Source: an uncultured virus (IMG/VR IMGVR_UViG_3300002835_000043) (lineage: Duplodnaviria; Heunggongvirae; Uroviricota; Caudoviricetes). From it: a stretch of DNA of 64,000 nt. Made by a program: the position numbers and the translations under genes. The notes under the pieces were generated by a model. It was not told the DNA's origin. It saw only the letters and a program-made list of their open reading frames with translations, and made no database searches. The stretch lies in IMG/VR virus record IMGVR_UViG_3300002835_000043, positions 1 through 64,000 of that record; one strand, written 5' to 3'. This document shows, one piece after another, positions 24,842 through 34,307 of this stretch (position 1 is its first letter; the number at the start of each line of letters is the position of its first letter).

Positions 24842-24914
24842 GGTCCCTTAACTCAACGGCTAGAGTGTTACCTTTACACGGTAAAAGTTGTAGGTTCGAA
24901 TCCTACAGGGATCA
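24842..24914 (+). tRNA. tRNA-Val(TAC)
   Basis: ttacc-ttTACac-ggtaa. Confidence 0.93.
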
Positions 24915-24918
24915 CTTC

Positions 24919-25000
24919 GCGTCGATACCAAAGCGGCAACTGGGACAGACTGTAAATCTGTTGTCTTTAGACTCCGTAGGTTCGAGTCCTACTCGGCGCA
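24919..25000 (+). tRNA. tRNA-Tyr(GTA)
   Basis: acaga-ctGTAaa-tctgt with long variable arm. Confidence 0.92.
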
Positions 25001-25003
25001 CTT

Positions 25004-25088
25004 GGACAGATGGCAGAGTGGTCTATTGCAGCAGTTTACTAAACTGCAGAGGTGAATGCCTCCGAGGGTTCGAATCCTTCTCTGTCCG
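25004..25088 (+). tRNA. tRNA-Ser(ACT)
   Basis: gcagt-ttACTaa-actgc, long variable arm, G73. Confidence 0.9.
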
Positions 25089-25094
25089 CATTTT

Positions 25095-25182
25095 GGGTAG
25101 GTGGCAGAGTGGTCTAACGCGGTTGTCTTGAAAACAACAGTAGGTGAATAGCCTACCGGGGGTTCGAATCCCTCTCTACCCT
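25095..25182 (+). tRNA. tRNA-Ser(TGA)
   Basis: gttgt-ctTGAaa-acaac, long variable arm; discriminator T. Confidence 0.9.
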
Positions 25183-25199
25183 TTCACTAGATACTTCAT

Positions 25200-25273
25200 C
25201 GGGGTGTGGCTCAGCTTGGTAGAGCGTCTGCTTTGGGAGCAGAAAGTCGTAGGTTCAAATCCTATCACCCCGA
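25200..25273 (+). tRNA. tRNA-Pro(TGG)
   Basis: cggggtg/caccccg; tctgc-ttTGGga-gcaga. Confidence 0.95.
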
Positions 25274-25300
25274 CTTATACATACACAAAACGGAGGAAAT

Positions 25301-25495
25301 ATGGATCTACTACTAATATCACAAATTAGTCTCGCCATAAGTCTTGTGACATTTTTTGTAATTAGTATGGTCAAATTTTACAATTTTGCTTACTCTCGTG
25401 GATATACACATGGTCATCATTCTGGCTTTACACATGGATTGTATAAAGCACAAGAAATAAAAAATAAAAGGAAGGTTGAATATGGATATGCTTGA
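25301..25495 (+). CDS. small membrane protein
   Basis: RBS ggagg; N-terminal TM then YSRGY..G...G. Confidence 0.7.
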   Translation: MDLLLISQISLAISLVTFFVISMVKFYNFAYSRGYTHGHHSGFTHGLYKAQEIKNKRKVEYGYA

Positions 25496-25637
25496 TTACA
25501 CATTTATTATTTGTATGTCTGCTGCTTTAGTTTGTTCTGTAGCACAAATTTGTTTTACCTTTTATGATAAGGGATACAGAACTGGTTATAATGCAGCATT
25601 GAATACAAAAAAGAAGAAAACTACAAAAAAGAGGTAA
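25482..25637 (+). CDS. small membrane protein, similar layout to upstream gene
   Basis: TM then YDKGYRTGY and basic tail. Confidence 0.6.
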   Translation: MDMLDYTFIICMSAALVCSVAQICFTFYDKGYRTGYNAALNTKKKKTTKKR

Positions 25638-25645
25638 TATAAATA
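25638..25645 (+). promoter_or_regulatory. T4-type late promoter
   Basis: TATAAATA upstream of 25670. Confidence 0.75.
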
Positions 25646-25669
25646 CTGTAGTTAATAAAAAGGAACCCC

Positions 25670-26590
25670 ATGAAGACATTTAAAGAATTTAGTCAATTAG
25701 ACGAAGGTATTTTAGATACCGTTAAGGATTTAGTAAAATCCATCGGTAGAGGTATTGGCAAAGGTGTAGTTGGTGCTGCTAAGTATGGAGCACAAGCACT
25801 TGGTGCAATTCCTAGTGGTCTAATTGGTGGATTAAAATCTGGAGTTGGCGGAGGTGGTGGTTATGGTGGTTATGGTATAACTCGTCGTGGTGGTGGTTCA
25901 AGTAAAAAAATTGAACAATTGAAGGCGGAATTAGCAAAAGCAAGAGTAGGAAGTAAACCATCTGGTAAACCAAAAGCACCAAAAGGAACTGGTACAAAAT
26001 TACCACCATCTGGTCTTGGTTCTAAACCAACAACTCCACCATCTGGAGCACCAACAAAGGTTCCATCACCAACAGGGTCTGCTCCAGTACCACCAGCAAC
26101 ACCAACACCAGCAGTTCCTGCTCCAGCAGCACCAGTTCCTGCTCCAGTTAAAACACTAACAAAGGCAGAAAAGAAAGATAGAAGAGATGCTGCAAGAACA
26201 GTTGGTGGTGTAACGAGTAGACTAGGAAAAATTGAATCAAATCCTGATGATGATACATCTTTCCGTGCAGCAAGAACGGATCCAGCAAAAGAAAAACTCG
26301 CAGCAAAAGGTGTTGAATTAGAAACAAAGAGAGCAGCACTACAAACCAAAACTGGCAAATTAAGAAAAGGTGTAGACAAGAAAGATATTAAGTCCTTCAA
26401 TATAGATCAAGAAATGACTAAAGGTAATATTATCAAGAGTGGTAGTATTGCAAGTAATCCTGAATTAGCAAATAAACTTGCTGCAGCAAGAGCAAGAATA
26501 GCAAGAACTAAGGCAAAATCGGGTCAGGTTATGGGTGCTTATGAATCGACAGATTTACTTAATTCGGTAATGAAGTTCTTAAATAAGTAA
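25670..26590 (+). CDS. probable internal head protein, Gly/Pro/Lys-rich
   Basis: MKTFKEFSQLDE-G leader followed by amphipathic helix GILDTVKDLVKSIGRG. Confidence 0.75.
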   Translation: MKTFKEFSQLDEGILDTVKDLVKSIGRGIGKGVVGAAKYGAQALGAIPSGLIGGLKSGVGGGGGYGGYGITRRGGGSSKKIEQLKAELAKARVGSKPSGKPKAPKGTGTKLPPSGLGSKPTTPPSGAPTKVPSPTGSAPVPPATPTPAVPAPAAPVPAPVKTLTKAEKKDRRDAARTVGGVTSRLGKIESNPDDDTSFRAARTDPAKEKLAAKGVELETKRAALQTKTGKLRKGVDKKDIKSFNIDQEMTKGNIIKSGSIASNPELANKLAAARARIARTKAKSGQVMGAYESTDLLNSVMKFLNK

Positions 26591-26617
26591 AAAATAAGAT
26601 CCACAAATATTATTTTA

Positions 26618-26625
26618 TATAAATA
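26618..26625 (+). promoter_or_regulatory. T4-type late promoter
   Basis: TATAAATA 5 nt before candidate RNA. Confidence 0.75.
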
Positions 26626-26630
26626 ATAGT

Positions 26631-26755
26631 GATCGGGCTGAGTTGGTCGTAGACAGTCCTCAAGCGAACTACGCCATTCATGCTAAAAAGGAACTTCGCT
26701 ACCTTTCGATCTTCATAGGGGAAGGGGTTTCGTGAGAAGCCCCTTCCTTTTTTTG
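26631..26755 (+). ncRNA. candidate late small RNA with pseudoknots and its own terminator
   Basis: Promoter, gatcggg/ttcgatc closing helix, inner long stem, loop-to-tail complementarity, terminator 26718-26754. Confidence 0.65.
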
Positions 26756-26797
26756 GGTACATTATATATACTAGGTAATCTCTAATAGGAGCAAAAA

Positions 26798-27301
26798 ATG
26801 GACACAAATAAGGAATGGTTGGATCAATTAATGGCAACATATACAAATATGAACAATCCAGTTTCTGAACCAGTAGCAGAAACCAAAGAAGAAGTTCTCA
26901 ATGAAGAATGCACAGAGTGCAATGAATCAGCAGAACCACAAGTAGAACAAACAGAAGAAGTTGAAGAATTAGAGGAAGAAACCTCAAATGAAGACTTTAT
27001 GGTATCTCTATTAGAAGATGTACAAGCAGCAGTTGGTGAAGATCTAACAGAAGAAGAGATCGAAGCAATTCTCGAAACCGTATCTCTAGTTGTTGAGGGT
27101 ATGGTCAAGAAGATGAAGAATGTAACAGAAGCACACATAGGAAAAAGTGGATTCCCTACTCAAGACGAACGCACATTTGCAGATAGAATAAAACTAGGTG
27201 CAAAACTTGATGCAAAAGGTGAAACTAAAGGTGCAGAAAAACGAGCATGGCACGCACTTGACAAATGGGCACAGAGAAAAGCAGAAAAGAAGAAGTATTG
27301 A
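26798..27301 (+). CDS. acidic protein, probable head core/internal protein
   Basis: Glu-rich, several LxE sites, basic C-terminal module after VTE; RBS aggag. Confidence 0.65.
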   Translation: MDTNKEWLDQLMATYTNMNNPVSEPVAETKEEVLNEECTECNESAEPQVEQTEEVEELEEETSNEDFMVSLLEDVQAAVGEDLTEEEIEAILETVSLVVEGMVKKMKNVTEAHIGKSGFPTQDERTFADRIKLGAKLDAKGETKGAEKRAWHALDKWAQRKAEKKKY

Positions 27302-27304
27302 TCT

Positions 27305-28231
27305 ATGATTTACGAACTCCTAGTAGAGCAATTAGCACTAGTCATTCTTGAGAACCGTCTTTCCCTAGAGGAAGGCGGTTCTAGAATGAATCTTCCTATC
27401 GAAGATAGTAAGAGAAAATTCTTTCCATCAATTAGATCTTTAAAGAAACTAAATCCAAAAATGGTTTTGGTTTATGATAAAGAAGGAAAGGTAAAGAGAG
27501 TTCCAGAATCAGAAGTAAAGAATTATGCAGGATTAGCAGAAGCATACCTCTCAAAGTATTCTTATAGAACACCAAAAGAGACTATGGCTTCTCGTGTTAC
27601 AGTAGATCCAAAGACAGGTGAAGAAAAATCTGCAAAGACATTTACTGCAAAAATGGATGCAAACGCAGATTTAGAAAAATTACAAACTTTAAAAAATAGA
27701 GTTAAAGAAACAGGTAAACAACATGAAGTATCCTTTATTGGCAAAAAAGGACCACAACTTCAACCACAAAAGCATAGAGAAATTGAACATAAATTAGAAG
27801 TAAGAATGCATATGGGAGAACCACATGTATTTCACAAGGGTGAAAAAGTTCAATTAAGAGCAACAGGAAATGGTGTACATATTGTTGCACCCGGCGAAAA
27901 AAATGATAGAATAGTAGCACACACAGGAATGTTGAGTTCACCACATTTTGGTGGTGCTGCAACAAGAAGAGCAATTCAAACTGGTCGTTCAGTAGAACAA
28001 ACAACACAAAAGCAAGCAGAGAGAAGAAAACGAGTTGCTAAGAAGGTTGCAAAGAAGAGAAGACTTTCAAGTGAAGTTAAAGCAAAGGCAGCAGCAGTTC
28101 AAGGAAAGGCAAAGAAGTTAACTCCTCCACCCGTAGCACCTGCTCCAGCAGCACCCGAAAGCGGTAAGAGTGAAATTGGTGAATTTAGAAGTAGAATTGC
28201 AGATATTATGAAGCGTATGAGAAAAGGATGA
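27305..28231 (+). CDS. basic hypothetical protein, possible internal protein
   Basis: 308-aa ORF; ILE/LEE/LAE sites near N-terminus. Confidence 0.65.
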   Translation: MIYELLVEQLALVILENRLSLEEGGSRMNLPIEDSKRKFFPSIRSLKKLNPKMVLVYDKEGKVKRVPESEVKNYAGLAEAYLSKYSYRTPKETMASRVTVDPKTGEEKSAKTFTAKMDANADLEKLQTLKNRVKETGKQHEVSFIGKKGPQLQPQKHREIEHKLEVRMHMGEPHVFHKGEKVQLRATGNGVHIVAPGEKNDRIVAHTGMLSSPHFGGAATRRAIQTGRSVEQTTQKQAERRKRVAKKVAKKRRLSSEVKAKAAAVQGKAKKLTPPPVAPAPAAPESGKSEIGEFRSRIADIMKRMRKG

Positions 28232-28236
28232 AGTAA

Positions 28237-28887
28237 GTGAAAAAATTTAATCATGTACCTGTTGAACTAAAAAATAAACTAACAACTAAAGAAATAGACG
28301 GAAAAAGATACTATGTTACAGAAGATGGTAATTCTTATCCGTCTGTAACTACGGTTACAGGTTGGGAGAAGAGAGAGTTCTTTGCTGAATGGCGAAGAAA
28401 GAATCCAGAAGAATCAAAAAGAGTTCTTCGCCGTGGAAATAAGTTCCACTCAATTATAGAAGCATATTTAAATAATGAAACAATTAATCCTGATGATTAT
28501 TCACCGGGTGAATATTATTTGTTTTCACAATTAAAGTCAGAACTGAATAAGATAGACAACATTAGAGCACTCGAAACCGCACTACAATCCTCTCTGTTGG
28601 GTTTGGCAGGTAGAGTTGACTGTATTGCAGAGTTCGCTGGCAACTTGTCTATAATCGATTTTAAGACCTGTTCTGCTGAAAAGGGCAAGGACAGTATCAA
28701 GGAATATTTTATGCAAGCAACTGCATATGCAATTATGTTCCAAGAACAAACTGGTATACCTGTAAAAAACATTGTTATCCTTATGAGTTGTGAAGATGGT
28801 TCTATAACTGTATTTGAAGAAAATCCTTTGAATTATACAAAACTACTTAAAGAAACCATCGAATCATTCATGATAAATAATTCATGA
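28237..28887 (+). CDS. PD-(D/E)XK exonuclease of T4-like phages
   Basis: YPSVTTV, RGNKFHSIIE, AGRVDCIA, IIDFKT, YFMQATAYA. Confidence 0.9.
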   Translation: MKKFNHVPVELKNKLTTKEIDGKRYYVTEDGNSYPSVTTVTGWEKREFFAEWRRKNPEESKRVLRRGNKFHSIIEAYLNNETINPDDYSPGEYYLFSQLKSELNKIDNIRALETALQSSLLGLAGRVDCIAEFAGNLSIIDFKTCSAEKGKDSIKEYFMQATAYAIMFQEQTGIPVKNIVILMSCEDGSITVFEENPLNYTKLLKETIESFMINNS

Positions 28888-28888
28888 G

Positions 28889-29833
28889 ATGTCAGACAAA
28901 TACTTTCCAGCAAATACATGTGTTTTAGCGTGTTCGGGACCATCTCTGAACACAATTGATCCTTTTAGTTTGGGATTACCTGTTGTTGCAGTTAGTACAG
29001 CAATAAGAAAAATAACAAAACCACATTTTTGGATTATTGCTGACTATTTAAATGAGATGCATGGAATAGAAGGATCACATGCTTATTCTGATCCAGATAT
29101 AATAAAAGTTTTACCAGAAGGCAAAGTATCAAGTGGAGCAAATGCTCAAAGTGTTGTTTTGTGTAATTATGACACAAATACTCGTTGGCCAGATGTAGAG
29201 TCTGTTTTATTTAATGGTGCACAACCATTTATAAGAGGACCACATAAATCCGTAACATTTGCCATCCAATGGTTACATTATATTGGTGTAAAAAATGTAA
29301 TTTGGGTTGGTAATGATTTAAAAGCAAATAGTATGAAAGAGAAATATTGTTACGAGGTTCAAGAGTTTGATATGAAGAAGGCTTATAATTATGATAAGAC
29401 TTTGGATCAAACAGCAGATGCACTCAGACAATGGCACCCAATAGCATTAAAAAGAGGATTCAAATGGTTTTCTTGGAATTGTGGTGAAGTTTTTGAATCA
29501 TTTGTTCCAAAATTTGACCTGAATTGGTGGGAAAGCGAGGGGAAAGAGCAACTAAGACAGTATGCTCCAATTACCTTTCCAACAGTAGATATTCCAGCAT
29601 ATCAACCTACTCCCAAAATAGAAAAACCAGTACAAAAAAATGAAATACAAGTTTTAAGAAAACAACACCAACAACCACAACAACCATCACAGAAAAAAGA
29701 ACAACCAAAACCTTTCAATAAAGATGCGTATTTAACATCACCATATACTCCAAACATGACTGGTAATCATTCACGAAGAGAAATTAGAAAAAATGAAATG
29801 AATGTGAAAAAACAATTACGAGCACCAAAATGA
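28889..29833 (+). CDS. putative glycosyltransferase-related protein (DUF115/Maf-like)
   Basis: LACSGPSL, SVTFAIQWLHYIGVKNVIWVGND pattern. Confidence 0.55.
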   Translation: MSDKYFPANTCVLACSGPSLNTIDPFSLGLPVVAVSTAIRKITKPHFWIIADYLNEMHGIEGSHAYSDPDIIKVLPEGKVSSGANAQSVVLCNYDTNTRWPDVESVLFNGAQPFIRGPHKSVTFAIQWLHYIGVKNVIWVGNDLKANSMKEKYCYEVQEFDMKKAYNYDKTLDQTADALRQWHPIALKRGFKWFSWNCGEVFESFVPKFDLNWWESEGKEQLRQYAPITFPTVDIPAYQPTPKIEKPVQKNEIQVLRKQHQQPQQPSQKKEQPKPFNKDAYLTSPYTPNMTGNHSRREIRKNEMNVKKQLRAPK

Positions 29834-30450
29834 ATGAGTTTAAAATTATAAGTTTTTATACAGATAATGGAATCTATGCTGATATGGCAAAAAGATTAAA
29901 AGATTCCTGCAAAAAATTCAGTATAGAATGCGATATAGAAAAGTATAAAGACAGAGGTTCCTGGGTTGATAATTGTAATATAAAACCAGAATTTATATTA
30001 AAAAAATTAAATGAAGATGTCGATTGTGTTATATGGGTGGACTCTGATGCAAAAATAATGAGTTACCCATATTTGTTTTTAGACACGCCTATGGATTTTG
30101 GTGTTCGTGGAGAACCGGGAGCAAGAAAGAAAACTCCTGTTGGAAGAGAAGAAATAGAACTTCCAAAAAATTGGCCAGTTCAAACAGAACTGATGTGGTT
30201 TAATTCTGGTACTATGCTGTTTCGTAAATGTAAAAGTACAATAAGAATGGTTGAGAGATGGTTGGAACTATCTAAATCAATGACAAGATCATGGGATCAA
30301 TGGAGTTTACAGCAAGCGTGGGCAGATGTACAACCAACTACTGAATGGTTTCCACGAACTTATTGTCAGATAGATAGATTACACGGAAGAGACAAAGCAG
30401 TGGTTTTACATGATTTAGCATCAGTAATGCAGAGAGTGGATAGAAAATGA
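29830..30450 (+). CDS. nucleotide-diphospho-sugar transferase (GT-A)
   Basis: KPEFI, WVDSDA (DxD), FNSGTMLF, WDQWSLQ. Confidence 0.75.
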   Translation: MNEFKIISFYTDNGIYADMAKRLKDSCKKFSIECDIEKYKDRGSWVDNCNIKPEFILKKLNEDVDCVIWVDSDAKIMSYPYLFLDTPMDFGVRGEPGARKKTPVGREEIELPKNWPVQTELMWFNSGTMLFRKCKSTIRMVERWLELSKSMTRSWDQWSLQQAWADVQPTTEWFPRTYCQIDRLHGRDKAVVLHDLASVMQRVDRK

Positions 30451-31421
30451 AAACAGCATTAATAATTGGAGCGAATGGTCAAGACGCATCTTATCTTGCA
30501 GAATTTTTATTAGATAAAAATTATAAAGTTCATGGAACGATTCGTAGAAATTCTGTTCCGGAATCACAAACAACCAGAATACAACACTTACATGATGAAA
30601 ATAAAATAACATTACATTACATGGATTTGATAGATCCTATAAGTGTTGATTCTATAATAAAGCAAACACAACCAGATGAAATATATCATCTTGGTGCTCA
30701 ATCACATGTTCAAGTTTCTTTTGATTTACCAAAATATACACTAGATGTTAATTCTGGTGGAACTTTAGCAGTTTTAGAGGCTGTTAGAAGATTCTCTCCT
30801 CATTCAAAAGTATATCATGCAGGTACATCAGAAATGTTTGGTAATTCTTGTGACTCTGATGGGTTTCAAAGAGAAACAACACCAATGGTTCCAGTGAGTC
30901 CATATGGTTGTGCAAAATTATATGCACATACTCTTTGTAGAAACTATAGACAAGCATATAACATGTTCGTCTGTTCTGGGATATTGTTTAACCATGAGTC
31001 CCCAAGAAGAGGAATAAATTTCGTAACTAATAAAACCGTATTAGAAGCCGTTAAAATAAAATTAGGATTATCGGATAAACTTGTTCTTGGTAATCTAGAA
31101 GCAAAAAGAGATTGGGGTCATGCAAAAGATTATGTAGAAGCAATGTGGTTGATGCTTCAACAAGAAACACCAAAAGATTTTGTTGTTGCAACTGGTGAAA
31201 CTAGATCAGTTAAAGAAATGATCGAATATGTTTTTTCAAAATTAGAATTGGATCCTTGGAAATATATTAAAACTGATAAAAAGTATTTAAGACCAGAGGA
31301 ATTAAATTATCTAAGAGGTGATTCTACAAACATAAGACAAGTTTTAAATTGGAAACCAAAATATACTTTTGAACAAATGATGGATGAAATGATTAATTAT
31401 TGGCTGAATGAATTACAATGA
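30447..31421 (+). CDS. gmd: GDP-mannose 4,6-dehydratase
   Basis: GANGQDASYLAE, AQSHVQVSF, SPYGCAKLY, FNHESPRRG, RDWGHAKDYV. Confidence 0.95.
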   Translation: MKTALIIGANGQDASYLAEFLLDKNYKVHGTIRRNSVPESQTTRIQHLHDENKITLHYMDLIDPISVDSIIKQTQPDEIYHLGAQSHVQVSFDLPKYTLDVNSGGTLAVLEAVRRFSPHSKVYHAGTSEMFGNSCDSDGFQRETTPMVPVSPYGCAKLYAHTLCRNYRQAYNMFVCSGILFNHESPRRGINFVTNKTVLEAVKIKLGLSDKLVLGNLEAKRDWGHAKDYVEAMWLMLQQETPKDFVVATGETRSVKEMIEYVFSKLELDPWKYIKTDKKYLRPEELNYLRGDSTNIRQVLNWKPKYTFEQMMDEMINYWLNELQ

Positions 31422-32044
31422 AATATCCTATAACTATAACATTTTATACACCTGAATATAAAGAAGAAGCAAGAAAATTAGAAGAAACTTGTAAATTATT
31501 TAATTTACCTTTTTATTCATATGAAAAACCAAGTAAAGGTTCTTGGGTTCATAATTGTACAATGAAAGCAGAAGTAATTCAGGATGCTTTGTATTTACAC
31601 AAGCACCCTGTTTTGTGGATAGATGCTGATGGCAGATATAAATCACATCCAAATATATTTGATTCAAATGAATTGTATGAATGTGATTTTGGTGCTTATT
31701 TTATTCCTGATGTTTGGAATCAACCAAGAAATGTACATTTAAGACCTTGGGGATTTGATAGAGGTAACGAAGCATTAGCAGGCGGCACTATGTTTTTTAA
31801 TTATACAGATAAGTGTTTTAATTTAATAGATGATTGGAAAAAAGAAAGTCAAGCAAATCCAACAAGATGGGAACAACAAAGTCTTCAAAAAGTTTGGGAT
31901 AAATACGATAGAGATGGTTTAAAAACATACTTCTTCAATCAAGCGTATTGCAAAGTATTTGATTGTAAATGGTTTGAAGAACCGAAAGAAATAGTTGTAG
32001 AACATACACAAGCAAGTAGACGGTTAAAAGGAAATATAAGATGA
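31418..32044 (+). CDS. nucleotide-diphospho-sugar transferase, paralog of 29830..30450
   Basis: GSWVHNCTMK, WIDADG, GGTMFF, WEQQSLQ. Confidence 0.75.
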   Translation: MKYPITITFYTPEYKEEARKLEETCKLFNLPFYSYEKPSKGSWVHNCTMKAEVIQDALYLHKHPVLWIDADGRYKSHPNIFDSNELYECDFGAYFIPDVWNQPRNVHLRPWGFDRGNEALAGGTMFFNYTDKCFNLIDDWKKESQANPTRWEQQSLQKVWDKYDRDGLKTYFFNQAYCKVFDCKWFEEPKEIVVEHTQASRRLKGNIR

Positions 32045-32721
32045 TAATAGATTTAAAGAGTATAAAAAAAGTTTATATAAATCTTGATCGTGATGTTGAT
32101 AGAAAAAATAAATTTGAAAATATAATTAAAGAATTACAGTATACAAATATTGATAGGTTTTCAGCAAGACTATTGCCCAAAATAAGAGATTTTAATCATG
32201 GTTGTAGTCAAAGTCATCATGATTTGATGAATCAATATAAAAATGAATTACCATTATTTTTGATGGAAGATGATGCAAAACCAACTAAATGGTATGATGA
32301 ATATGTAAATGATGGTAAAATAGAAGTACCAGATGGTGCAGATGTGATCTATATTGGATTTTCAACTGCAGGTTGTTGGAAAAATTTAGGAGTAGATTTT
32401 TGTGCAAAACCATATAATGAAAAATGGGTAAGATTAAAACATTGTTTGGGAACTCATGCTATGATTTTTTTAAATAATAACATACAAAAATTTATAGAAA
32501 ATTCTGGAAGTACGATACAAAGAAAAGTACCTCTGGATATTGGTTATGCTAAAGAAGTTTTACCAAATTTAAAAATTTATGCACCAAAAAAATCATTATT
32601 CTATCAATGGGATAAATGTTGGATAACTACTAATACCACTGTTGATGTGGATAATAATAAATGGACTTCCCATAATGAGGACGGAACAATAAATTTTATT
32701 AGGGATTATATAAATGCTTGA
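32041..32721 (+). CDS. GT25-like glycosyltransferase
   Basis: YINLDRDVDRK, GCSQSH, MEDDA. Confidence 0.75.
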   Translation: MIIDLKSIKKVYINLDRDVDRKNKFENIIKELQYTNIDRFSARLLPKIRDFNHGCSQSHHDLMNQYKNELPLFLMEDDAKPTKWYDEYVNDGKIEVPDGADVIYIGFSTAGCWKNLGVDFCAKPYNEKWVRLKHCLGTHAMIFLNNNIQKFIENSGSTIQRKVPLDIGYAKEVLPNLKIYAPKKSLFYQWDKCWITTNTTVDVDNNKWTSHNEDGTINFIRDYINA

Positions 32722-33556
32722 TTTTACAGATTGTACATTTTTAATACCATATAAAAATAGTAATAAAGATAGAGAAAATAATTTACTACATGTATTGCGT
32801 TATTTAAATACTTTTTTAAAAACAAATGTTGTAGTTATTGAACAAAAAAATAATATATTAACCAATACTTTAAATATAATAAATTCTAAACATTTTAATA
32901 ATATTTCTTTAATTTATAAAGAATATGATAGTGGTCATAATTTTAATTTTCATAAAACTAAATTATATAATTTAGGAATGCAAGAAATAAAAAATGAAAT
33001 AGTTATACCATATGATGCTGATGTTTTAATACCATTAAGTCAGTTAGTAGAAGCAAGAAATAGCATAAAACAAGGATTTGATTATTGTTTTCCTTTTAAT
33101 ATGAATTATATTGAAATTTCAAAATTATTACCGGATGATAGAGAAACTCTATTAACTGATTATAATTTTGAAAATTATAAAATTAAAGCATCTTGTAAAC
33201 ATGAAGAAAATTCAAAAAAAATTTACAGTAAAATTCCAGGTATAGTTAGAGGATGTCCTCCAGGCGGTTGTCTTTTTATAAAAAAACAAGTTTATATAGA
33301 TTTTGGATTAGAGAATGAAGATTTTTATGGATATGCTCCAGAAGATATAGAAAGAAAAGATAGATTAAAAAAACTTGGTTATAGTGGAACTTCGATAGAT
33401 GGTGATATCTATCATATAGAACATCACACAGAAGATAGAAGAATAGCATCTACAGATTCTAAAAATTTGTATGCTGATATTTCCAGAATGGATGCTAATA
33501 CTATAAAAGATTATTATAGTAAAAAAAATTATAAAAATATATATGGATTAAAATAA
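32714..33556 (+). CDS. GT2/GT7-like glycosyltransferase
   Basis: DRENNL, YDADV, GG, ENEDFYGYAPEDIER. Confidence 0.75.
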   Translation: MLDFTDCTFLIPYKNSNKDRENNLLHVLRYLNTFLKTNVVVIEQKNNILTNTLNIINSKHFNNISLIYKEYDSGHNFNFHKTKLYNLGMQEIKNEIVIPYDADVLIPLSQLVEARNSIKQGFDYCFPFNMNYIEISKLLPDDRETLLTDYNFENYKIKASCKHEENSKKIYSKIPGIVRGCPPGGCLFIKKQVYIDFGLENEDFYGYAPEDIERKDRLKKLGYSGTSIDGDIYHIEHHTEDRRIASTDSKNLYADISRMDANTIKDYYSKKNYKNIYGLK

Positions 33557-33557
33557 T

Positions 33558-34307
33558 ATGAAAGTTTATATAGATTGGCATTATGATATAGATCCATCAC
33601 CAATAAACACATGGTCTAGAACAAAAAATATTCATGAGTGTGATATAGTTGTATCCGTTAATAAAAACAAATTTTATGATAAAAAAACTATTAATTGGTT
33701 ATACGAACCAGAATCTATAATATCAAGTGTATATAAAAATTGTTTAAATTCAAACAATTATATTGCTACTCACAGAGTAGATTCATCATTTAATAAAAAA
33801 ATTACTATACCACCTTGTTTTCCATCTTGGATCGATGAGTGTGATAGAAAAATTTATAATAAAACAAAATTAGTAAGCATGGTAGCATCTAAGAAAAATA
33901 TATGTTCAGGTCATTCAATAAGACAACAAGTAGCAGATGCTAATGAAAATAATTTGGATTTATATGGATTTGGTAGAAAAAATCAATTAGATAAAAAAAT
34001 AGAAGGACTAAAAGATTATATGTTTTCTGTTGCTATGGAAAATAGTGTGGCTGATATTTATTATACAGAAAAACTATTAGATTGTTTTTTAACAGGAACA
34101 ATTCCAATATATTGGGGATCAAAAAAAATAAATGATGTTTTTGATAAAAATGGTATTATATTTTTAAATGATGATTTCACAATACCTGAAATAAGTGAAG
34201 AAATTTATATATCAAAATTAAACTCAATTAAAAATAATTTTGAATTAGCCCATAAATATAATTATAAAGCCTCAGATGGTATACAGTTTATAACGGAACA
34301 ACTATGA
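33558..34307 (+). CDS. GT10-like fucosyltransferase
   Basis: YMFSVAMENS...YYTEKLLDCFLTGTIPIYWG. Confidence 0.8.
   Translation: MKVYIDWHYDIDPSPINTWSRTKNIHECDIVVSVNKNKFYDKKTINWLYEPESIISSVYKNCLNSNNYIATHRVDSSFNKKITIPPCFPSWIDECDRKIYNKTKLVSMVASKKNICSGHSIRQQVADANENNLDLYGFGRKNQLDKKIEGLKDYMFSVAMENSVADIYYTEKLLDCFLTGTIPIYWGSKKINDVFDKNGIIFLNDDFTIPEISEEIYISKLNSIKNNFELAHKYNYKASDGIQFITEQL

Noticed and set aside
24796..25329. ORFs across the tRNA cluster
   Set aside because: Overlap clear tRNA cloverleafs
28237..28887. Cas4 of a CRISPR system
   Set aside because: No Fe-S cysteine cluster pattern and no cas context; typical stand-alone phage exonuclease
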